Part shown: positions 1 through 8,936 of the stretch, piece by piece | Layout of the letters: the number at the start of each line of letters is the position of its first letter | How positions within the stretch are numbered: position 1 is the stretch's first letter | Assembly (NCBI GenBank): GCA_045611965.1 | Contig: JAZKYE010000060.1 | Location: 719-64,718 of the forward strand | Direction: 5' to 3' | DNA length: 64,000 bases | DNA from: Eubacteriales bacterium | Lineage (GTDB): Bacteria > Bacillota > Clostridia > Oscillospirales > CAG-272 | The notes under the pieces: model-generated | Told to the model about the DNA's origin: nothing | Databases searched by the model: none | The model's input: the letters and a program-made list of their open reading frames with translations, nothing else | Translations under genes and position numbers: made by a program

Positions 1-153
1 AATTATGTTTTGACATATACAATAGCTCTTAATGTATGTGGCGTTATTTTTATATTATGTGAATTATGCTTTACAAACTTGCTTGGTTATAACTTATTAA
101 GATTGCGATTGATAGATAGTGCTCTTGGTGTTTTAGGTAGCGTTATTATATGA
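1..153 (+). CDS. 3' end of an unidentified hydrophobic protein (partial, enters from left window edge)
   Basis: Frame 1 is open from base 1 to TGA at 151-153, inside a very AT-rich stretch where stops are otherwise frequent. The translated tail (..NVCGVIFILCELCFTNLLGYNLL..) is hydrophobic. It is not in the ORF track because it has no start in the window. Confidence 0.3.
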   Translation, partial: NYVLTYTIALNVCGVIFILCELCFTNLLGYNLLRLRLIDSALGVLGSVII

Positions 154-470
154 ATATATAAATGAAAATGTATGGCTTTGCGCGGATGGTTTTATGGGGC
201 TGATCGGCAGGGGGGATTTTGCTGATGGCAGAGATTTTTATGCTTGTATAAACGCCTATGATTTTGCGTGCGACATTATTTAACTGAAAAACTTGAAAAG
301 ACAAATCCTGTGTGCTATAATTATTTTATTAAATTATTGACTGTGTAAACGGGGGAAAATAATGAAACGCGTTTTGTCATATATTTTCTTATGCCTTGCG
401 GTCATAGTATTCTGGTACATCTGTGTGTTATAATTTAAGTGTGGTTCATCTTGAATTAGGGGGATTTGTT

Positions 471-1346
471 ATGGGAAAAACTGATTGTGTTTCCGTTGGC
501 AATTGCGGTGAGTATTTCGTCGCAGCAGAGCTTGAAAGAAATGGCTTTACGGTTGCTGTGCCTATGTCTAATACGAAGGATTTTGATATTTTAGCTATAA
601 GCAAGCAAAATAATAGGCAAATAGCATTGCAAGTTAAAACCAACCATACCAGCGAAAGGACCTGGACTTTATCTCAAAAGAATGAAAACATTGTGGATGA
701 TAACATTTACTATGTGTTCGTATGCCTGAATGATAAGGCATTGCCTGATTATTATATTTTGCATAGCGCTCTTGTTGCGAAAAGCATCAAGAAAAGCCAT
801 GCGGATTGGATTGCAGGAAAAACAAAGAACGGTAAAGCACACAAGGATACTTCAATCAGGAAGTTTAGTTTTGAAATAGCAAAATATAATCCATACAACT
901 TGAAAGCTGATGATTATAAATCAAATTGGGATGACATCGGGAAAATATATTGCGAGCTTACGAAGTTTTTGCCTGTGTTTGATAGTGATTGCTTTGGTGA
1001 ATGGTATATAGATAAAAATGCGAATGGAAGTGCAGAGCATCCCTTTCACCTGCCGTGCTTTAGTTATAGTGACGATGTAGAGAATTTTTCGAGTGCTGTA
1101 AGAGCTTTTATAGACGAGCATCCCAAAATGGAGCTTGATTATTATAGAGAGATATTAAAGGCTAATAATATTGACATCGAAACTATAAAATCAGTTGATG
1201 TTTCGAGGCTGAATGGTCAATGCGTTTGCGCGATGATTGTAGCAAATGTTTTGGCAGAAAAGTTTTGTGAGGGTGCAATTTTGGGCTCTTGTAAGGACGG
1301 CACCTTTGCCAAATGGCTCAAACGACTTCAGATTTTAGACAAATAG
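471..1346 (+). CDS. hypothetical protein with N-terminal PD-(D/E)XK-like nuclease fold motifs
   Basis: ATG at 471 is preceded by GGGGGA (459-464). The GTG at 423 in the ORF track has no RBS. The N-terminus GNCGEYFVAAELERNGFTVAVP..DFDILA..IALQVKTN fits the E..D..(E/Q)xK pattern of restriction-endonuclease-like folds. I do not recognise the C-terminal ~170 aa. The gene is visibly more AT-rich than the rest of the window. Confidence 0.55.
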   Translation: MGKTDCVSVGNCGEYFVAAELERNGFTVAVPMSNTKDFDILAISKQNNRQIALQVKTNHTSERTWTLSQKNENIVDDNIYYVFVCLNDKALPDYYILHSALVAKSIKKSHADWIAGKTKNGKAHKDTSIRKFSFEIAKYNPYNLKADDYKSNWDDIGKIYCELTKFLPVFDSDCFGEWYIDKNANGSAEHPFHLPCFSYSDDVENFSSAVRAFIDEHPKMELDYYREILKANNIDIETIKSVDVSRLNGQCVCAMIVANVLAEKFCEGAILGSCKDGTFAKWLKRLQILDK

Positions 1347-1665
1347 AACGGCGCTGCTCATTAATAACAGCCTTGAATGTAAACTATGCTTTTCATAATA
1401 GGCTTTGTTCTTGTGTGAACTGTTGATATGTTAAACCGTATGTAGATAAAAAGCACACGGCAGGGTAAGGCGGTGATAAATGCGTGTCAAGGCGTATCCG
1501 CAATGAATAAATGACGCGTGCTTCATAAATGATTATCGTTGGAGTTTGCTTTTGCCTATATATATTGATGCAACGATGGTGATGATTTTACCTTCGGTGC
1601 GTGATTTTTTCGTTAGTGTGTGGTGCTGAATTCTGATATATTTCTTCTTCTCGGCTTGAAGTTTA

Positions 1666-1697
1666 GGGGGATTGCGTTATTTGTAGCGCAATCCCCC
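1666..1697 (+). terminator. strong hairpin (11-bp perfect stem) at the boundary of the AT-rich left segment, possible terminator/insulator
   Basis: gggggattgcg (1666-1676) pairs perfectly with cgcaatccccc (1687-1697) around a 10-nt loop. It is followed by a T-rich but interrupted tract (ttgatattgtt). Confidence 0.4.
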
Positions 1698-1726
1698 TTG
1701 ATATTGTTAACAATTTTATGTATAAT
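1698..1726 (+). promoter_or_regulatory. sigma-A type promoter of glgB
   Basis: TTGATA (1698-1703), 17-nt spacer ending in TG (extended -10), then TATAAT (1721-1726). It lies about 35 nt upstream of the glgB start. Confidence 0.5.
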
Positions 1727-1761
1727 ATATTTATAGAGCAAATTTACGAGGGGGCGTGGAA

Positions 1762-3783
1762 ATGATTAATGTTGATCTTGCTATGACAAGACTTCTTAAA
1801 GAGGATATAGAGCTTTCACCGTTTTCATCCGACATAAGAATGCATCTTGAACGCTATAACAGTAAGCGTTACGAGCTTGTGGGCGGCGGGGAATTGCTTT
1901 CCGTTGCAAACGGATATTTATATTTCGGTTTCCACAGAACCGATAGCGGATGGGTATTCCGCGAGTGGCTTCCGGGTGCTGACTCGGCGTGGCTTTTTGG
2001 TGACTTTAACGGCTGGGATGCGTATTCACATCCGCTGACTAATATCGGCGGTGGTGTTTTTGAGATAAAGCTTGAGGGCAAGGATGCGCTTCGCCACGGA
2101 CAGTTTGTAAAGCTTATGGTCGGCAGAGATGGCGCGTCTTTCTCTCGCCTGCCTGCATATGCAAGGCGCGCTGTGCTTGACGAGCGCGATGCAAAGCTCT
2201 GCGCGCAGATATGGATGCCTGACGAGCCCTTTGCGTGGACTGACGGTGACTGGTATGGAAGGAAGGGGCACCGCTCGCCACTCATTTACGAGGCGCATAT
2301 CGGTATGGCGCAGGAACGCGAGGGCGTTGGCACTTACAGAGAATTTGCTGATATAACGCTTGAGTGGATACGCAAGGCAGGCTACAATACAGTACAGCTT
2401 ATGGCAATTCAAGAGCATCCCTACTATGCTTCGTTTGGCTATCAGGTTACGGGCTTTTTCGCACCTTCCTACCGATACGGCACGCCCGAGGACCTCAAAT
2501 ATCTTATAAACAAGGCGCACTCGATGGGAATTGCCGTGCTTCTCGATATCGTGCATAGCCACGCCTGCCCTAATGTGGGTGAGGGACTTAACCGCCTTGA
2601 CGGTACTGACGGACAGTATTTTCTTGAGGGTGAGCGCGGATGGCATAGCGCGTGGGGAACGAGGCTTTTTGATTACGGCAGGGCTGAGGTTCTGCACTTC
2701 CTTCTGTCTAACCTCAAATATTGGCAGGACGAGTTCCACTTCGACGGCTTCCGCTTCGACGGCGTAACCTCGATGCTTTACGAGAACCACGGTCTTGGCG
2801 TTGCCTTTACAAATCTTTCGCAATATTATTCGCTCAACACCAATGTTGATGCGAGAGTTTATCTTATGCTCGCAAACGAGCTTATCCACAAGAATAATAA
2901 GCGCGCTATCACCGTTGCAGAGGATATGAGCGGCATGCCCGGAATGTGCCTGCCTCTCGCATCGGGTGGCTTCGGATTTGATTTCAGGCTTTCTATGGGC
3001 GTTCCCGATATGTGGATTAAGCTTATCAAGAAGGAAAGAATGGACGACTGGTCGGTGGGCTACATTTTCTCTGAGCTTTCAGGCGGCAGAGAGGGTGAAG
3101 GCTCGATAGGATACAGCGAGTCGCACGATCAGGCGCTCGTCGGTGATAAGACGATAATGTTCCGTCTTGCCGATGCAGAGATGTACACGGGTATGATGAA
3201 GAGCTATCATTCCCCCTCTATGGATACCGCGATAGATATGCACAAGCTCATCCGCTTCGTGACCGCGGTGCTTGCTAAGGACGGTTATCTCAACTTTATG
3301 GGCAACGAGTTCGGTCACCCTGAGTGGATAGATTTCCCGAGAGAGGGCAACGGTTGGAGTCATAAGTATGCGCGCCGTCAGTGGTCGCTCGTGCGTAACC
3401 TTACCTACAAATACGATTGGCTCTGCGAGTTTGACAGAGCGATGATAGCGCACCTGCGTCGCTACCTCGTTCACTCGAAGAAGCGCGCGAGGCCGATATG
3501 GCTTGACGAAGCCAAGAAGCTTATGATATTCGAGCGAGGCGAAATAATCTATGCGGTGAACCTTCACCCCACCTGGTCACAAAATCCTGCCTTCATCTGC
3601 ACGAAGGATTTTGATAAGAGTGAGTTTCGCGTCGTGTTCTCGTCGGACAAGAGCGAGTTTGGCGGGCAGGGAAGAATATCGACAGAGCAAACCTATGTTG
3701 CAACCGACACACCGTTTGGGCGCGGATTTTTCATATATCTTCCTGCAAGATGTGCCGTCGCGCTTAAATCGGTAAAAGGATAG
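1762..3783 (+). CDS. glgB: 1,4-alpha-glucan branching enzyme (GH13)
   Basis: GH13 catalytic-region motifs are present: LLDIVHSH, GFRFDGVTSM, AEDMSG, YSESHDQ, plus a CBM48-like N-terminus. ATG at 1762 sits 7 nt after GAGGGGG; the GTG at 1756 in the ORF track lies too close to the RBS. Confidence 0.9.
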   Translation: MINVDLAMTRLLKEDIELSPFSSDIRMHLERYNSKRYELVGGGELLSVANGYLYFGFHRTDSGWVFREWLPGADSAWLFGDFNGWDAYSHPLTNIGGGVFEIKLEGKDALRHGQFVKLMVGRDGASFSRLPAYARRAVLDERDAKLCAQIWMPDEPFAWTDGDWYGRKGHRSPLIYEAHIGMAQEREGVGTYREFADITLEWIRKAGYNTVQLMAIQEHPYYASFGYQVTGFFAPSYRYGTPEDLKYLINKAHSMGIAVLLDIVHSHACPNVGEGLNRLDGTDGQYFLEGERGWHSAWGTRLFDYGRAEVLHFLLSNLKYWQDEFHFDGFRFDGVTSMLYENHGLGVAFTNLSQYYSLNTNVDARVYLMLANELIHKNNKRAITVAEDMSGMPGMCLPLASGGFGFDFRLSMGVPDMWIKLIKKERMDDWSVGYIFSELSGGREGEGSIGYSESHDQALVGDKTIMFRLADAEMYTGMMKSYHSPSMDTAIDMHKLIRFVTAVLAKDGYLNFMGNEFGHPEWIDFPREGNGWSHKYARRQWSLVRNLTYKYDWLCEFDRAMIAHLRRYLVHSKKRARPIWLDEAKKLMIFERGEIIYAVNLHPTWSQNPAFICTKDFDKSEFRVVFSSDKSEFGGQGRISTEQTYVATDTPFGRGFFIYLPARCAVALKSVKG

Positions 3784-3996
3784 CTCAAATAGTAAAAAAC
3801 AAAGAAAAAGCGAGAGTATATGCGCTTTTGTTTGATGACGGTACTTCTCTCGCGTCGGTAAATTTGGTAGTAATATAGCTTTCGTTAATGTGAGATGGAA
3901 AAAGTATACAGGTCTTTTTCGCTCGCGATATACCGACAAAGTAAGAAAGAATAAATTTGCATTTGCGCTTGAAAATTGTGCGCTTGCAAATAAAAA

Positions 3997-4030
3997 GGGC
4001 GAAGAATTTTTGTGTTCTTCGTCCTTTTTT
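3997..4030. terminator. bidirectional rho-independent terminator between convergent glgB and the C-S lyase gene
   Basis: gggcgaagaa (3997-4006) pairs with ttcttcgtcc (4015-4024) with one G-T wobble. An A-run lies upstream (3992-3996) and a T-run downstream (4025-4030). Confidence 0.6.
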
Positions 4031-4084
4031 ATCATTGGATTTTTATATTAACATCGCAGGTGCTGACAGCATAGCCACCTCGAC

Positions 4085-5245
4085 TTAAGGGTGATTTTTA
4101 TTTATAAAATCGCGAAGCAGGGTAAGACCGCGCATTACAAGCTCGCGGCTGGTTGCGAGGTTTATTCTGACGAAGTATCTTCCGCACTCGCCGTATTCAA
4201 GTCCGTCGTTAATGAAAAGACCGCCATCCTCGCGAAGCCTTTTCGTAAATTCTACGGAATCTATGCCGAGGGCAGATATATCAACCCAAAGAAGATAGGT
4301 TGCCTCGGTTTTGGGGACCTTGAGCGAGGGGATTTCGCTCTCGATAAATTTTATAGCCACGCGCTTGTTCTCGTTGAGGTAGTCAACGAGCGCGTCAAGC
4401 CAAGCCTCGCCCTTGTTGAGCGCGGCAAGGTTTGCCACTACCGCAAAGGCATTGGGCTCACCGATTTCGTCATTGTTTAAGCTGCGGTAAACCTGATGAC
4501 GAAGCAGGGGATTTTTGACAACCGCGATAGCAGAGCAAAGCCCTGCGATATTGAACGCCTTTGAAAGCGAGAGAAGCGTTACGCTTATCTCATAGCAGAT
4601 ATCGGATGCGGCGGCAAAGGGGGTATACGAGCATTTCGGCTCGGTAAATTCGCAGTGAATTTCATCCGAGATAACCGTTACACTGTAGCGGTGGCAAAGC
4701 TCGCCTATTTTACAAAGCTCGTCCTTGGTAAAGGTTTTTCCGACGGGGTTGTGGGGGTTGCAGAGAATCATAAGCGTGGTCATAGGGTCGCTTATCTTTT
4801 TTTCAAGGTCGGCAAAATCAATATGCCACGAGTCATCCTTCAGCACGAGGTCGCTTGACACGACGCGTCTGCCGCTGTTGAGGATTGAGTTATAGAAGAT
4901 ATTATATACGGGTGATTGAATAAGCACGCCCTCGCCTGGGTGAGTGAGGCGTCTTACGAGCGACGATATTGCCGCGACTACGCCCGACGAATATACCATA
5001 TACTCGGTATCAAAGCGAAAGCCGTGACGCTTTGCCCAGAAATCTGACGCGCTCTCAAAAAGCTCTTTCGGTGCGTAGGTGTATCCGTACACGCCGTGGA
5101 TAGCGCGCTCGACTATTGCCGCCTTTACCTCAGGGGCGGTTTCAAAGTCCATATCCGCAACCCACATGGGAAGCGCGCTTGGATGCTCGTCCCATTTGTA
5201 GGAATAGGTATTTCTTCTGTCGGGGATATTATCAAAATTGTACAT
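4085..5245 (-). CDS. PLP-dependent C-S lyase / cystathionine beta-lyase, PatB/MalY family aminotransferase
   Basis: The N-terminus MYNFDNIPDRRNTYSYKWDE is the typical MalY/PatB start. Class I/II aminotransferase features follow: LCNPHNPVGK, and SLSKAFN with the PLP lysine. Confidence 0.85.
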   Translation of the reverse strand: MYNFDNIPDRRNTYSYKWDEHPSALPMWVADMDFETAPEVKAAIVERAIHGVYGYTYAPKELFESASDFWAKRHGFRFDTEYMVYSSGVVAAISSLVRRLTHPGEGVLIQSPVYNIFYNSILNSGRRVVSSDLVLKDDSWHIDFADLEKKISDPMTTLMILCNPHNPVGKTFTKDELCKIGELCHRYSVTVISDEIHCEFTEPKCSYTPFAAASDICYEISVTLLSLSKAFNIAGLCSAIAVVKNPLLRHQVYRSLNNDEIGEPNAFAVVANLAALNKGEAWLDALVDYLNENKRVAIKFIESEIPSLKVPKTEATYLLWVDISALGIDSVEFTKRLREDGGLFINDGLEYGECGRYFVRINLATSRELVMRGLTLLRDFINKNHP

Positions 5246-5287
5246 AATACACTCCTGATGAAAATAATTGTTTGCTTTATATTGAGT

Positions 5288-6136
5288 TTATCGCTTTGTT
5301 TCTATAACCGTATCATCGGGATTGCAGAAGTTTTCGTCGAGGATAATCTCGCCTATTTCGTCTGCGATAATTCTTCCAGAGGTGGGGTTCTTTACGCTGA
5401 TAACCGAGCCCGAAATCATAGCATCGACATTCTTGCAATATTCGAAGCAAAGGTCGGTGCAGATAAGCTTCGTATCTCTTACGGTGAGGCCGTCTATATA
5501 GCAGAGCCCCTGATTTGACTCAATGGTGCAGTTTATAAGAGTTACATTCTTTGAGTTCCACGCAAGGTACTCACCGATGATAACCGAGTCGCGCACCGTT
5601 ATGTTCTCGCAGTTCCAGAAGGCATCCTTCGATATAATTCTTGAGTTTCTTACCTCAACGTTCTTGCATCCGTCGAAGGCGTAGTTGCCCGATATGCTCA
5701 CGTTATTTGCGATGATGCCTTCAGAGCATTTGCAGAAGTAGTCACCGACTATGCTCACGCGGTTCAGCATTATTCCATCGCAGCTCCACATCGTTTCCTG
5801 TGCAAACGGCATAGTGCAGTCGTTAAGTGTTATGTTGCTTGAGCGCCTGAAGGTCTTGGGCGCGTCGATGGTGCAGTGCGACATCGTAATTCCGTCCGTG
5901 TACCAAATGCCCGAGCGAGCCGTGGTGAGAAGCGTTGTGTTTTCCACCTCAACCTCTTTGCAATTCCACAGCGGATACTTCCATTCGAAAATACAGCCGT
6001 TGATGCACAGGCACTCGGATTCCTTCAGGTGGGACTCGCCGTTTCTGAAAACGCTGTCGTATATTTCAAGCTCGCGCGAAGCGTAAAGCGCGCGCTCGCC
6101 CTCGAAAATTCCTTGTTCTATAATTTCCATAAGCAA
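5288..6136 (-). CDS. DUF3737-like protein (parallel beta-helix-type repeats)
   Basis: 282 aa with a repeating N(V/I)x(V/L)xNC/S pattern. GERALY, WKYPLWNC, APKTFRR, KDAFWNCENITV and GEYLAWNSKNVTL match my recollection of the DUF3737 family. The function is unknown. Confidence 0.65.
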   Translation of the reverse strand: MLMEIIEQGIFEGERALYASRELEIYDSVFRNGESHLKESECLCINGCIFEWKYPLWNCKEVEVENTTLLTTARSGIWYTDGITMSHCTIDAPKTFRRSSNITLNDCTMPFAQETMWSCDGIMLNRVSIVGDYFCKCSEGIIANNVSISGNYAFDGCKNVEVRNSRIISKDAFWNCENITVRDSVIIGEYLAWNSKNVTLINCTIESNQGLCYIDGLTVRDTKLICTDLCFEYCKNVDAMISGSVISVKNPTSGRIIADEIGEIILDENFCNPDDTVIETKR

Positions 6137-6140
6137 GCTC

Positions 6141-6884
6141 CTACATTAGTCCTATAAGATTGAAAAGCGGAACGAGTGCAAACGGCACGAAGAGCGCAGG
6201 TGTCATATTGGCGGTTTTTACACTCGTGAGGCCGAGAAAGTTCGTTCCTATAAATACTATAATAAGCGAACCCGTTGCCGAGAGGTAGGTAATCGTAGCC
6301 TCGGGAATTATAGATACGAAGAATAGGCTTATAAGCGTGATAGCGCCCTGATAGAGAAGAAGCGGAAATGACGAGAAGGCAACGCCAACGCCGAGCGTGG
6401 TAGCAAGCATAAAGCAGGCGATAAAGTCTATCGTTGCCTTTGCTATAAGCGTGCTTGGGTCACCGGTCGCATCAAGAATTGCGCCGTTTACCGCCATAGC
6501 GCCAACGCATATCATAATGGTTGAGCTGACGAAGCCCTTTGCAAAGCTTCCCTTACTGCTTTCGTCCTTTACAAGCCTTGCCTCGATTTTCTCACCAAGG
6601 GCTGTGACGAGGCGGTCGATATCTATTATCTCACCGATTACCGTTCCGATAACGAGCGAGAGTATCATAATGAGAAACTTGACGAGCCCTGCGCTTTCAA
6701 AAAAGCCGCCGACATCGGGTGCGCTAACGAGTGCGCCGTCAATTCCTATGTAAATTACGCATATCGCAATAGCGGCGGTGATAGCCTTGATTATTCTCTC
6801 GGGAATACCGCGTCTTATCGACGCGCCAAGCAGTCCTGAAATGAGCACCGCGAGAAAGTTAATTATCGTTCCTAAAAATGGCAT
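6141..6884 (-). CDS. DUF554 family membrane protein (YdfK/YqgA-like)
   Basis: Polytopic hydrophobic protein of 247 aa. The N-terminus MPFLGTIINFLAVLISGLLGASIRRGIPERI is typical of DUF554. Confidence 0.75.
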   Translation of the reverse strand: MPFLGTIINFLAVLISGLLGASIRRGIPERIIKAITAAIAICVIYIGIDGALVSAPDVGGFFESAGLVKFLIMILSLVIGTVIGEIIDIDRLVTALGEKIEARLVKDESSKGSFAKGFVSSTIMICVGAMAVNGAILDATGDPSTLIAKATIDFIACFMLATTLGVGVAFSSFPLLLYQGAITLISLFFVSIIPEATITYLSATGSLIIVFIGTNFLGLTSVKTANMTPALFVPFALVPLFNLIGLM

Positions 6885-6899
6885 TGTATAACCTCGGTA

Positions 6900-8186
6900 T
6901 TAAAATTGTATCTGAACAGCCTTGCCCTCGGCAACAACATAGTGCGCGTCAAGGCTGACATCGACCAAACGAAGCACCTCGCAAAGCCTTTTCGTTGCCG
7001 CGATATCCTCGTCTGACGGTACGGCTCTGCCGAAGGGGTGGTTGTGCGCGAGGATTACCGACTTAGCGCCTCTGCGTCCTACGCAATCAAGAAGCATACG
7101 GGGCAGAATTTCGCTCGAGCTGACAGTTCCCTCGCATATAAAATCACAAGAGATAAGCGCACCGCCGCCGTCGATAGAAAGCATCACCACCTGCTCGCGC
7201 GGCGAGCCGAGAAGCTGGCCTACAAGACATCTTTTAAGCTCATCCTGCGAGTACCTTCTTTTTGCGGTATATTTTTCGCTTATTCTGCGTGAGGCGAGAG
7301 CAGGGATGAGGGAAAGCAGAGTCCTCTCGCGCTCGGTTGCTTCGTCGTGGGTAGTGTGAGAGGGCGTGAGAAGCGCGCTTGCCGCCGGCGCTCTCGCAAT
7401 AAGCCCCTGAAGCCTTTGCGCGCCGTCCTTGAAGGCAGAGGAAAACAAATCTGTAAGCACCTCTGTTGCACCCTCATCAAGCGGTGCGCTATCGTCGGCG
7501 AGCGAGGGGGATACGGTGACGCTCTTGCGGCTTATCATATCGTAATAGCTGCTTCCGCAGGTGACGATGCAGGCGTTAACCCTGATGCCGACCGCTGACA
7601 AGGCACCCGTAACGAGCCGCTCGGTTTCCATATCGCTTTCGCTCGGAAAGGCAGGGCCGAAGGGATGGCTGTGCGCGATAATGCAGGATACCGCACCGTG
7701 CTCAAGCAACCTGCTTACGAACACCGACGGCTTAATACCGCCTGATGAAAAATCAAGCGAAAACAGCTTGTCCTTGCCAATAACTCTGCCTGCGTTATCA
7801 AGAGATACGAGCACGGTCGTCGCACACTCATAGCCTGAGAGCAGGCGGCATATATCAGCATACACAGAGCCCTCGTCAGCCTCTGTCACCTGCGCGTCAA
7901 GCACCTCGAAGAAGCGGCAGGCGCGTTCTGCTGATTTTATAAGACCGACGGACTCTGCGCCTATTCCGACAACCGACGAAAGCTCGTCGGCATCGGCAAG
8001 CAGTACGGCATCAAGCGAGCCGAAGCGCGAAAGAAGATTTTTTGCTATGGGGTTTGTGTCGCGTACGGAATTAGTGTAGTAAAGAAGCATTTCAAGAAGC
8101 TCGTAGGTGTCAAAAACGCGGTGCGAAAATTCAAGAAGCTTTCTTCGCATTCTTATTCGGTGACCCTTGTGTGCGTTTTCCTGCAT
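6900..8186 (-). CDS. radC: RadC-family protein with two tandem JAB/MPN (JAMM) domains
   Basis: The N-terminal HhH-like region (NLLSRFGSLDAVLLADADELSSVVGIGAESV) is typical of RadC. Two HxHx7SxxD motifs follow: HSHPFGPAFPSESD and HNHPFGRAVPSDED. At 428 aa it is roughly twice the usual length. Confidence 0.8.
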   Translation of the reverse strand: MQENAHKGHRIRMRRKLLEFSHRVFDTYELLEMLLYYTNSVRDTNPIAKNLLSRFGSLDAVLLADADELSSVVGIGAESVGLIKSAERACRFFEVLDAQVTEADEGSVYADICRLLSGYECATTVLVSLDNAGRVIGKDKLFSLDFSSGGIKPSVFVSRLLEHGAVSCIIAHSHPFGPAFPSESDMETERLVTGALSAVGIRVNACIVTCGSSYYDMISRKSVTVSPSLADDSAPLDEGATEVLTDLFSSAFKDGAQRLQGLIARAPAASALLTPSHTTHDEATERERTLLSLIPALASRRISEKYTAKRRYSQDELKRCLVGQLLGSPREQVVMLSIDGGGALISCDFICEGTVSSSEILPRMLLDCVGRRGAKSVILAHNHPFGRAVPSDEDIAATKRLCEVLRLVDVSLDAHYVVAEGKAVQIQF

Positions 8187-8225
8187 ATCCGCCCCTTTCT
8201 ACACTTTATGTAAACTTATATTGTC

Positions 8226-8936
8226 TTAATCGGCGTTGTTCTTGTACTTTTCAAGATATTCCTTGCGTCCGTTCTTTGTGAGGTCGAAGGGAACTGACGC
8301 AACGAATCCCTCGGGCTTGCGTATCTCTACCATGTTGATTTTGTAGCCTTGGGATGAGAAGTTTTCCTCATACTCGGTCCTGATATTTCCCTCATTCCAC
8401 TCGCTGTTGTGAAGGTCGCGGGTAACGACGGTGGGCGTAATGCCGATTTTCTCAATTTCTTCAAGCGTGAAGTCAAAGAGCGCTACGTTGTCGGTCTTGA
8501 AGCGAAGCGTGCCGCCCGTTTTAAGCAGGCTCATATAGAGCATAAGATATCTGCGGTGCGTAAGTCTGCGCTTTGCGTAGCCCTTCTTTGTCCACGGGTC
8601 GGAAAAGTTGAGGAATATTCTCTCAACCGCCCCCTCGGGAAGCATAAGCCCGAGGTTGTCTGCGGTGTCAACGATAAACTTAAGGTTTTTCGGCTTGCCC
8701 GTTTTCTCTATTTCATCTTTAAGATGCTCTGCGGCAAGGGTCACGCAATCGCTGACGCGTTCCATTGCATAGTAGTCAGCCTCGGGATTTCTTTTCGCCA
8801 TCTCGATGGCAAAGCCGCCCTTTCCTGCGCCTATTTCAAGCCATATAGGGCGCTCGCCCACGGTGGGCGCGCTTGCAAGAAGCTCTGCACACGCGAGAAG
8901 TCTTTTCTCGCCGTTTTTCTTTTTTCGCATTCTCAT
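8226..8936 (-). CDS. trmB: tRNA (guanine46-N7)-methyltransferase
   Basis: Has the SAM-binding motif EIGAGKGGF and the family signature NFSDPWTKK..KRRL. The start overlaps the prfC stop by 1 nt (TAATG on the minus strand at 8934-8938). Confidence 0.9.
   Translation of the reverse strand: MRMRKKKNGEKRLLACAELLASAPTVGERPIWLEIGAGKGGFAIEMAKRNPEADYYAMERVSDCVTLAAEHLKDEIEKTGKPKNLKFIVDTADNLGLMLPEGAVERIFLNFSDPWTKKGYAKRRLTHRRYLMLYMSLLKTGGTLRFKTDNVALFDFTLEEIEKIGITPTVVTRDLHNSEWNEGNIRTEYEENFSSQGYKINMVEIRKPEGFVASVPFDLTKNGRKEYLEKYKNNAD

Noticed and set aside
362-433. 23-aa hydrophobic mini-ORF (MKRVLSYIFLCLAVIVFWYICVL), considered as a possible type I toxin or leader peptide
   Set aside because: It is too short to support from sequence alone. 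I could not identify an obvious RBS or antisense RNA partner, and it may be a chance ORF in AT-rich DNA.
423-470. Upstream alternative starts used by the ORF track (423, 1756, 28122, 39182, 40383, 54608, 57447)
   Set aside because: Each extended start either lacks an RBS, lies inside the gene's own predicted promoter or RBS, or precedes the point where family homology begins. Internal ATGs with GGAGG-like sites were preferred.
2026-2889. 287-aa minus-strand ORF inside glgB. Similar antisense ORFs occur at 8409-9209, 14004-14657, 13155-13730 and 57486-58160.
   Set aside because: All lie within CDSs that have strong homology-type evidence on the other strand. None has an RBS, and their compositions are typical of antisense frames.
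3577-4035. 152-aa minus-strand ORF covering the glgB 3' end and the glgB/C-S-lyase intergenic region
   Set aside because: It overlaps the end of glgB and runs through the bidirectional terminator (3997-4030). It is AT-rich low-complexity sequence without a start context.
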